From the NCBI RefSeq assembly GCF_018977255.1, contig NW_024704743.1, forward strand, positions 52,888,001 through 52,952,000: a stretch of 64,000 bases of DNA, in the 5' to 3' direction. This DNA is from Callorhinchus milii (lineage: Eukaryota). A program made the position numbers and the translations under genes. This document shows, piece after piece, positions 13,701-22,500 of this stretch. How positions within the stretch are numbered: position 1 is the stretch's first letter; every line of letters starts with the position of its first letter. The notes beneath the pieces were generated by a model that saw nothing but the letters and a program-made list of their open reading frames with translations, had not been told where the DNA came from and searched no databases.

Positions 13701-16700
13701 ACCTGTAATGGAGATAAACGCTTTGAGCATTCAGTTTAACAGTGGCAGATCAGTCACATACTGTGATAATCTGCATTACTGTTCTGCTGAAAATACATGT
13801 TGCAGACTGCCTAGTGGATCTTGGGGATGTTGCCCCATTCCTTCTGTAAGCTCATTTTATTAATACCATTTAAGAGTTAAGATTTGAGGCAATGTTTTGC
13901 TTTTATTTTTGGATCACAGTGACTACGGATCTTGCTGATTAGATTTATTTCAAAAACTGATTATATTATTTAATTGTCTTCTTCGGTCATATTATACGAA
14001 TGATTATTTGTTTTTTAAACAAGATAGAATCGTACTTTCATCAATTTTTCAGTAAATGTTAGATCTCAGACTAAAGGTTGTTTACAAAAGGAAATGAATT
14101 ACTGTCAAGGGTATAGAACATTGGGAAAACCTGCTTTCATTTATATATGCATTGTATATTTACAGTTTCTTAGCATGTTAATCTCACACAAGTAATCAAT
14201 GTGTAGTCCTGTAGCTTAGTGGTTGGAACATTCGCCTCGCAAGGGGGAGGACCTGGGTTTGATTCCTGGGCATGGCGAAACATTGCGCAAGTTTCCTTAT
14301 TCCACACATGGTTTACCAAGCCATGAATAGGAACTCTGTGCTGGAAGATTCTATGATAAGTAACAAAACAGATCTTTGGCAAGGTAGTGAATTGGCATCA
14401 TTTGCACAATGAAATTACAAAGCACAGGTTAGTAACAGCGATTTCATAAATTGTGAGCTCTTCATAACATTAATCTTAAGAAGAAGCAGAGAAAGGAAGT
14501 GAGTCATTTGCTTAGAGACAATATGAACAATTGAAAGTTGAGGAAAGCAATCTCTATCTAGTGGATGGCTGCAAAGCATTGGAAGAACCCTGGTAATAGC
14601 ATACCAGGTTCAGGGATCTGTCACTGGGAGAAAAAGTCACATCCATACAAATTGTGTGTGGAATTCCCTCGGTAATAAACATATCAACAAAGTGGGCTTA
14701 CAATGGGAATTTCTCACCCAATGTGCTTTAACAGTAAAATTAGGAGCCAAAAAAGTTATTCACCAGAGGAAAATCAGATACTAAAATATGTGAATATATT
14801 TCAAGAAAACAAATATCAAACATTTTACACATTCTCAGTGATAAGATGGTTTAGAGGGTATGATGTATTTTGTAACAGATTTTGCATTTGTGTGCATTGG
14901 TTATTTGCTGGCTGGCTCTACTGCTCAAATAACATGAGCTATTCATCAATAGGGCAATGTCAAAGAAGATGCTTGAATATCACATGGCACAGCATAAATA
15001 CGGCATCAGTAAAGATGACAAAATTAGCCCTAGCAGATAAGGGAAATCTATGGTCTAGCTAGGGAATAAACTAGACCTACAGACAATACATCTTTCAGAT
15101 TTAAATTCTGTTTTGCTGATTTCAGCTTAAGCAGCAGTTGAAGTACTACAATTAACCTATCTCCCTGGCTTAGGAAGGGAATAAAATAGACACAGCTCCT
15201 GATTGATATCTAAAAACGTGTAAGTATCAGGAGAAGATAGGATACTGCTAGATTGTGATGACTTCCAAAGATCCTGTCTATCCTCATGGTCCCAGCTAAC
15301 AAAAGTATAATGGGCCATTTGGGAGAGGTACAGGAAGTTCCTTTGGAATGATATCCAGGAATCGGGAAACTAAGTCAATGCCTTCAGGGAAGGAGCTGAG
15401 AAAATTGGAGGAAAAAAATTGGAGGTGAAGACAAATGCCTATTGAAAAGAAGATGACAGAATAATTGCTAAAATCCAGTAATGAACTCTCATTGGTGTTC
15501 TACGATTTTAAAAATTGCTGTCCTAATGAAAAGAATTGCTTCAGATAGCCTGGAGATGTCTTTAGGTTCTGTTGCTTTTCTTTAATTTATATTACAGGCA
15601 TGTAGTGAAAACTAAAACTAATTTTAGCAACACATGTTACCGATAAAATAATCCTCTCTATCTCTGTTTCTAACCAGGCTACATGTTGTAATGATGGTGT
15701 GCACTGCTGTCCTCATGGCATGAATTGTGATGCAGAAAATTCCTTCTGTACAACGGATAGTATCCGTATCCCATGGTTCAACAAAAAACCTGCACTCATC
15801 GCAACAGACGTTGTCAATAGTGTTGGTCGTGATAGTTCGGTGGTCAACTGTGATAAGACATATTTTTGTAAAGATGGACTGACCTGTTGTCCAACGGCTA
15901 TGGGAAGATGGGGATGTTGCCCATTTCCTAATGTAAGTTATTATTTAGGCCACAAGATGTACACTTGTTTAAAGTATTGTCCTTCTATCTCAGTCCTTTG
16001 AAACTGAAGATTAATGCTTTCAATGGAGTCTTCAAAAGGGGTATTAGTGTTAGTGATAGCATACATAAGATTAGAAATGAGCTTGAAAAAGGTAGCAGAA
16101 CAAGAGGACACAGAACAAGAGGACACAGGTTCAGCACCTCAAAAGGCAATTTCAGGGCAGGCATTAGGAAATATTTCTTTACCCAGAGGGATGGGAACCG
16201 GTTACTATAAAGAGTAGTTGAGATAAGGGCACTGGACTCATTTAAGAAAGGGCTTGATACTGAAGTGGAAGGATGGCAATCTTGTGATCTTGGATGATTA
16301 AACCCTATTGTCTATCTAGGAAAGGAAGCATTCGAGATACCTACTCATAAGAAATAGCTGAAAACATTATACTGCATCTTGACAAAAAAAATCTTATTCC
16401 AAGACAAATATAGCTCTTTGCAATGCTGGGATTGAAATTTTCAGAAAAAAATCAATGTGGTAAATATGATGTGACAAATACTGCATGTAAATAACCTAAA
16501 ATCTAGAAATTTGAGGATTGCTTTTCAAAATCAGATCTATTTTCACTGGAACAGAAAGGAAAAACAGATTTTCAAAATACTGAATACTTGTTTTGAGAGG
16601 ATAGATAGTAAAGGTGAATAATGGGGCAGAAATGCAGAATTATCACTTGGAAAAAATAAGGCAAATGTGGAAAAAAATCACACTGAGAAAATGTTGGAAT

Positions 16701-17034
16701 ATGAAATGGTTTGTTACAATTAGCTTTTAAAACCAGCCTAGTAAAACTAAAACACAATAATATTTAAAAGTGAATTACATTTATATTTGAAGAGAGAAAA
16801 AGTATAAAAGCTTATGGGAAAAGACAGAGAACTAGGAGTGGAGTACTGTACATATTTCTAGCCTTGTGTGCTGGATTATTATTTTTATTTTATAACTAAC
16901 AGTTTATAGTAATGTTATCTGTATTTTTCTCTTAGGGTCAATGTTGTAAAGATAAACAAACCTGCTGCCCTCGGCACTACAAATGTAGTGGGGGTCCCAA
17001 AACAATGACCTGCAAATGGAAAATCTGGAACTAG
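1478..17034 (+). CDS. grn: Progranulin-like (multi-granulin-module) gene, 3' portion; 10 coding exons in the window (786 aa), 5' end upstream of the window
   Basis: Exons 1478-1729, 3160-3411, 4847-5098, 6608-6859, 8273-8524, 9962-10213, 11730-11981, 13603-13845, 15678-15932 and 16936-17034. All have AG acceptors, the first nine have GT donors, and all introns are phase 0. Spliced, they give the granulin pattern C-x5-C-x5-CC-x8-CC-x6-CC-x5-CC(-x5-C-x6-8-C). Paralog identity is not determined. Confidence 0.9.
3160..3411 (+). CDS. grn: Granulin repeat exon copy 2
   Basis: Same 252-nt exon; attag acceptor, gtatgt donor. Confidence 0.85.
4847..5098 (+). CDS. grn: Granulin repeat exon copy 3
   Basis: Same 252-nt exon, intact splice sites. 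Confidence 0.85.
6608..6859 (+). CDS. grn: Granulin repeat exon copy 4 (N>I variant)
   Basis: Same exon; A>T at 6825 gives RQITG instead of RQNTG. Confidence 0.85.
8273..8524 (+). CDS. grn: Granulin repeat exon copy 5 (V>L variant)
   Basis: Same exon; G>C at 8450 gives CDSLY instead of CDSVY. Confidence 0.85.
9962..10213 (+). CDS. grn: Granulin repeat exon copy 6
   Basis: Same 252-nt exon, intact splice sites. Confidence 0.85.
11730..11981 (+). CDS. grn: Granulin repeat exon copy 7 (last of the array)
   Basis: Same exon; homology to the repeat unit ends 78 nt downstream at 12059. Confidence 0.87.
13603..13845 (+). CDS. grn: Granulin exon (unique, diverged relative of the repeat exon, 81 aa)
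   Basis: ttccag|ACTGTG...CCTTCT|gtaag; TVCCFGGTRCCPKDF...YCDNLHYCSAENTCCRLPSGSWGCCPIPS. Confidence 0.9.
14204..14308 (+). mobile_element. tRNA-derived SINE head fragment
   Basis: gtcctgtagcttagtggttgg...gggtttgattcctgggca...caagtttccttattccacac matches the head of the full SINE copies. Confidence 0.7.
15678..15932 (+). CDS. grn: Granulin exon (canonical C-half + N-half, 85 aa)
   Basis: accag|GCTACA...CCTAAT|gtaag; ATCCNDGVHCCPHGMNCDAENSFC...CDKTYFCKDGLTCCPTAMGRWGCCPFPN, with the canonical CCxDxxHCCP motif. Confidence 0.93.
16040..16262 (+). mobile_element. CR1-clade LINE 3' fragment
   Basis: RTRGHR...F..GIRKYFFTQR motif; includes a 15-bp internal duplication (gaacaagaggacaca x2). Confidence 0.75.
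16936..17034 (+). CDS. grn: Granulin terminal exon (C-half + stop)
   Basis: cttag|GGTCAA...TAG; GQCCKDKQTCCPRHYKCSGGPKTMTCKWKIWN*. Confidence 0.9.
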   Translation, partial: GQCCKDKQTCCPRHYKCSGGPKTMTCKWKIWN

Positions 17035-17131
17035 ATCTCATCGGTTGGAAATACTGAAGAGTTTGAAAACTTTTGATGGATTTTTCATTAACTTTGCTTT
17101 ACTTCACGGTCATGTTTGCGTTAAATGTTGG

Positions 17132-17137
17132 AATAAA
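17132..17137 (+). terminator. Candidate polyadenylation signal of the granulin gene
   Basis: AATAAA about 100 nt after the stop codon. Confidence 0.6.
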
Positions 17138-17796
17138 TTATCCTTACATTTACATTTTACATTTACAGTTTTAACTTACATTTGATTTAATAATAATAGT
17201 GATCCTTGCATTTGATATAGCGCCTTATCAAGTCTTCGAAACGTCTCAAAGCGCTTCACAGAATATACTGTGAAGTGAATTGACTGTATATTTTGTGGGC
17301 ATTTATATCTAGAGGATGTCTCAAAGTGCTTCACGGGATATACTTTAAAGTGGAGTAACTGCTGTATTTGTAGGCTTGGTGCAGATTCAAATAATTGCTT
17401 ATATCTGACTTTATTTGACTTTTTATAAACCTGGCATTTCAGAAATCAGAAAATTAGTCATTTAAAAATGTTGCTTTGCTAGAATTGTCTTTGAAATACA
17501 CAATCAGATTTTCTAACTTTAACAGTGCTACAATAATTTTCTCTTTTGAATTAAGTGATTGATTACAGTTGAAAACGTCTATCTCTAAATTGTCTATTAA
17601 ATCTGTGTTACTGATGATGTACAATGATGTATTTGACTTGGTTTGTTATTTATATATGTTGACTATTTTGGGGGAATGCTTTGCTCCTGGATTATGCTGT
17701 TAAACTTCCTAAATATTTATAGTAGCTTCATAGAATACAGAAATTGTTATTGCTAAAATAATATTCCTGGGTGGGAGGAAGGAGAAGCTTGAATCC

Positions 17797-18203
17797 AACA
17801 GCAACAACTAATATAGCACCCGCCACACAGGGTAGCATCTCAGAGTGCCTAACAGTGGTGGAGTCTGACTCCCTGCCGGGTGGGGGAGTTGGCCGTAAGC
17901 ACGGTCAAAGAGGAAGGTTTTCAGGCAGGACATGAAAAAAGGGAGAGAGGAGGTAAGGCTGAATGAGGGAGATTGAGGGAGATTGTTCCAAAGTTTTGGG
18001 GCTGAAGGTGCGACCTCTGATGGAGGGGCGGAGGGCGCGAGGGACGAGCAGGAGGCCGGTGCCAGTCAAGCGGAGGCGCCAGGTGGTGGATTGGGGAGTG
18101 AGCATGTCGGAGAGGTAGGGAGGTGCCAGGGAGCGAAAGGACTTCAACATGAGTGTGAGGAACTTGACGTCGATCCGTTCGGTGATGGGGAGCCAGTGCA
18201 AGT
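17797..18203 (-). mobile_element. L2 LINE 3' fragment
   Basis: LHWLPITERIDVKFLTLMLKSFRSLAPPYLSDML motif. Confidence 0.85.
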
Positions 18204-18344
18204 TGTTGTTGTTGGTAGGTCCCACAAAACACCCACCCGCTTTACCCGGGATGTCCTCCCAACATGAAAGGCGGGTGTGGTATCAAGTGTCGGGATTCCA
18301 GATAAGATCGGTCAGTCGGTGGGGTTGCTCACTCCCTCGCCCAC

Positions 18345-18538
18345 TCATTCCACGGCTGTTCGTGGGGGACACTGCTGTGCGCAAGTTGGCTGCCGCATTT
18401 TGCCCGCATGAGACACGCAGACACTACACTTTACAGTGTGTCCTGTGAAGCGCTTTGAGACGTCTCGAAGACATTGATGAGGCGCGATATCAAATGCAAG
18501 GATTATTATTGTGGGTGTTGTTGTTGTTGTTGTTGTTA
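18345..18538 (+). mobile_element. Deu-type SINE 3' part
   Basis: ctgctgtgcgcaagttggctgccgc core and the gtgaagcgctttgagacgtc...atcaaatgcaaggattattatt tail. Confidence 0.7.
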
Positions 18539-18569
18539 TGGGGTTGGGGGGGGGGCCTTTGCTCCTGTG

Positions 18570-18760
18570 GGAGCAGTGCGACTCCTCCCCCTGGTTACGG
18601 GGACGCGGCCGTTGCCAGGGCTGGGGGTGGGGGCGGGGGCGGGGCGGAGGCAACAAGGGGCTTTGGGATTGGTCAGCTTTTGATAAGCGTTACCAGGACT
18701 ACAGGTTAGCGCGTGGGACAGAGAGCAGTCGGTCGGTGCTGGTGGGGGTTGTTGTGTGGG
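18570..18760 (+). promoter_or_regulatory. Probable EFCAB1 promoter (CpG-rich; GC boxes, CCAAT, RFX-like half sites)
   Basis: Tandem GGGCGG at about 18630-18648, GATTGG at 18667, GTTGCC at 18611, GGCAAC at 18649, GTTACC at 18689. Confidence 0.45.
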
Positions 18761-18804
18761 TGAGAGAACCATTCAGAGAGAGAGAAAATCACAGAGAGAG
18801 AAAA

Positions 18805-19455
18805 GGTCAGAGACAGACAGACAGACACACACAGACAGACAGACACACACAGACACACACAGACACAAAGACAGACAGACACACACAGACAGATACACAC
18901 AGACACACACAGACACACACACAGACAGACACACACAGACAGACACACAGACAGACAGACACACACACACAGACACACACACAGACAGACACACACAGAC
19001 ACACACACAGACAGACACACAGACACACACAGACAGACAGACACACACAGACACACAGACAGACAGACACACACAGACACACAGACAGACAGACACACAC
19101 AGACACACAGACAGACAGACACACAGACAGACACACAGACAGAAACACAGACAGACACACAGACAGACAGACACACACAGACAGACACACAGACAGACAC
19201 ACACAGACACACAGACAGACAGACACAGACAGACACACAGACAGACAGACACAGACAGACACACAGACAGACACACACAGACACACAGACAGACAGACAC
19301 ACACAGACACACAGACAGACACACACACACAGACACACACAGACAGACAGACACACAGACAGACAGACAGACACACAGACAGAAACACAGACAGACACAC
19401 AGACAGACAGACAGACAGACACACACAGACAGACACACAGACAGACACAGACAGA
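18805..19455 (+). repeat. Compound (GACA)/(CA) microsatellite, about 650 bp
   Basis: Continuous agac/ac repeats ending about 60 nt before the EFCAB1 ATG. Confidence 0.97.
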
Positions 19456-19516
19456 GGAGGAGGAGGAAAGAGTGAAGATTGGACACAGACAGTCGCGCTC
19501 CCGGGACCCCAGGGCG

Positions 19517-19592
19517 ATGGCGCAACCCACCGCTTTGAGTAGAAAGAAGCAGCAGAAACAGGCCGAGACCCTGACCAAACTAGCCAAGCACT
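19517..19592 (+). CDS. EFCAB1: EFCAB1 exon 1
   Basis: gcgATGG good Kozak context; [26 protein letters not shown]|gtgagt. Confidence 0.85.
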
Positions 19593-22500
19593 GTGAGTGT
19601 CCGGGAAGTTGGGGGCGGGAGAGGGGCGGGAGAGGGGTATTGGAGTGTTGGGATAAAGGGGGTTAGGGATAAGGAGGTATTGGGATAAAGGGGTATTGGG
19701 TTGAGGGGGTATCGGGATACAGAGTATCAGGATGAGGGGCGATCGGGGTGAGGGGCGATCGGGGTGAGGGGCGATCGGGGTGAGGGGCGATCGGGGTGAG
19801 GGGCGATCGGGGGGTGAGGGGCGATCGGGGGGTGAGGGGCGATCGGGGTGAGGGGCGATCGGGGTGAGGGGCGATCGGGGTGAGGGGGTATTGAGGTGTC
19901 ACATGCTACATTAATAATGGAGATGTTGACTATCAATTTCTATCGATTAGTCTACAATACACGCATGAGGCGAGGAAAGCTTTGGGAACCATAGGTCCAA
20001 AGTTGCTTTTTTCTCCCAAGCACACCACACTTTCCATATGCTGTAACTCAAATGACACATATACTGTATCCCTTCTTATAAGGGATAAGAGAGAAATCTT
20101 ATCTAACTTGCATTTGAATGAATCAACAATTTTTGCTTCCACCATCTCCCGAGGGAGCCTTTTCCATAAATTTAGCATTGGCTGACTGAAATAATGTTTC
20201 TGCTGATTAGTTTTGAATTTACTCCCCTTCAAACTCAGGCTAATTTCTCTGGTTCTACTGTTCAGCATAAGATAAAATAGCTTATCATAGTCTACATTAT
20301 CTCGTCCCGTTAGAATCTTAAAAACAGTAGTCATATCACTTCTCTACTTTCTCTTCTCCAGCGTGAACATATCCAGGTTATGCAATGGCTCCTCATAATC
20401 CAATCCCTCCATCCCTTCAGTCATTCTGGTTGCCCTCCTCTGTATCCTCTCAATTGTTGCAACATCCCTCCTGTACTGCAACGGCCAGAACTGTATATAG
20501 TATTCCAACTACCCCCCCACGCTCTCCAACTACCCCCCCACGCTCTCCAACTACCCCCCCACGCTCTCCAACTACCCCCCCACGCTCTCCAACTACCCCC
20601 CCACGCTCTCCAACTACCCCCCCACGCTCTCCAACTACACCCCCACGATCTCCAACTACCCCCCACGCTCTCCAACTACCCCCTCACGCTCTCCAACCAC
20701 CCCCCACGCTCTCCAACTACCCCCCACGCTCTCCAACTACCCCCTCACGCTCTCCAACCACCCCCCCACGCTCTCTCCAACCACCCCCCCACGCTCTCTC
20801 CAACTACCCCCCCGCGCTCTCCAACTACCCCCCCGCGCTCTCTCCAACTACTCCCCCACACTCTCTCCAACTACCCCCCACCTCTCTCACTACCCACCCA
20901 CGTTCTCCAACTACCCCCCCACGCTCTCCAACTACCCCACTACGCTCTCTACAAATACCCACCCCACGTTCTCTCCAAATACCCACCCCACGCTCTCTCC
21001 AAATACCCCCACCTCACTCTCTCCAAACTACCCACCCCACGCCCTCTCCAAATACCCCCACCCCACGCCCTCTCCAAATACCCCCACCCCACATCCTCTC
21101 CAAATACCCACACCCCACGCCCTCTCCAAATACCCCCCCCACGCCCTCTCCAAATACCCCACCCCAACCCACTCTCCAAATACTCCCACACTCTCTAAAT
21201 ACCCTCACCCACTCTCCAAATACCTCCATCCACTCTCCAAATACCTCCACAGACTCTCCAAATCTCCATGCACTCTCCAAGCACACCCACAATTACATTA
21301 GAATTTAAACATAAAATATAATTGTACAGAGAATTATAGCTATTCACAAAATCAGAATGATCTGTATTTTCAGAATTTAGTGGTGCTTGTTTTGAAAACC
21401 CAAATTATTTTTAGAATGTATTTCTTTAGCACACGTTAAAGAGAAAGTGGACTATACTAACAAACATGAATGGCGCATTTATATAGCGCCATTCACGTCA
21501 GAAGGATATCCCTGACAAGAGCAAGTAAATATCAAAAAGGAGAGGACCAAGGACAGCTTTGACAAAAATGTATATAATATGAAGGGAGATATCTGTAAAA
21601 GTTGGGGTGTTCCTCAGAGGCGTTTTATCACATTTTTGATACAATGGTGAAATACAATGGTATGGCATCAGACAGTTTGTTTAGAAGCCCCTGTTCTGCA
21701 TCAGTAGCTGGTGTGACACTCTGAATGGGGAAGAAGGACTTTGGCAATATTCGTCATTGATAATAAATCACTGGAGCAGAATTTATGATGCCACATCAGG
21801 GAATGTTGTAAAAATGTTTTCTATCACGCTTTTTCTACCCACCAGTTCTAAAGGATAACAAGGAATTACTGAGTATGAATTTATATATATATTTAGATAT
21901 AATATATATACATTTTGGTAACATTAATTAGAATGAATCATTTCAATAATCTTTCCACTAAAGGTTAACGTATTTCTTAAACATATATGCATTTCACATT
22001 CAGTTTAAACCATTTATTTTTCTTCTCTTATTGTTGCAGTCAATCGATATGAAGTGGATTGTTTAATGAAGCTCTTTAATACGCTTATCAGTACACCTTC
22101 TGAGCGCCGTATCGGAAATGGACTGGATCGAAATACATTTAGAAATATTCTCCACAACACATTTGGAATGACAGATGACATGATCATGGATAGAGGCGAG
22201 TACTACAGAATACTGCAGATATCTCTTAAGGATATTCATAATACATGACTGCAAGAGGTTTGGTAATGCTGGTCTACAATATACTGCATTAAAAATGTAT
22301 GATAAGAGAGCAAGGAACCAAAAACATCTTTCAGATCATCAATCCAATTCCAATTACAGAGCGAGAACAATTAACTTTATCATGAACTTCAAGCTTAGCT
22401 AATCTCCTGATAAAAAGTTCTGCAAATGTTTTCCATTCTTTCTCCCCACGACCAGTGAATTGTGAAAAAAAGTATCCAAAAACAGAGTTTGAATTACGTA

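Noticed and set aside
18511..19587. Long ORFs of 213-343 aa on both strands
   Set aside because: They are an artefact of the stop-free GACA/CA microsatellite.
20380..21308. Pro-rich ORFs of 272 and 307 aa
   Set aside because: They are translations of the C-rich minisatellite within EFCAB1 intron 1.
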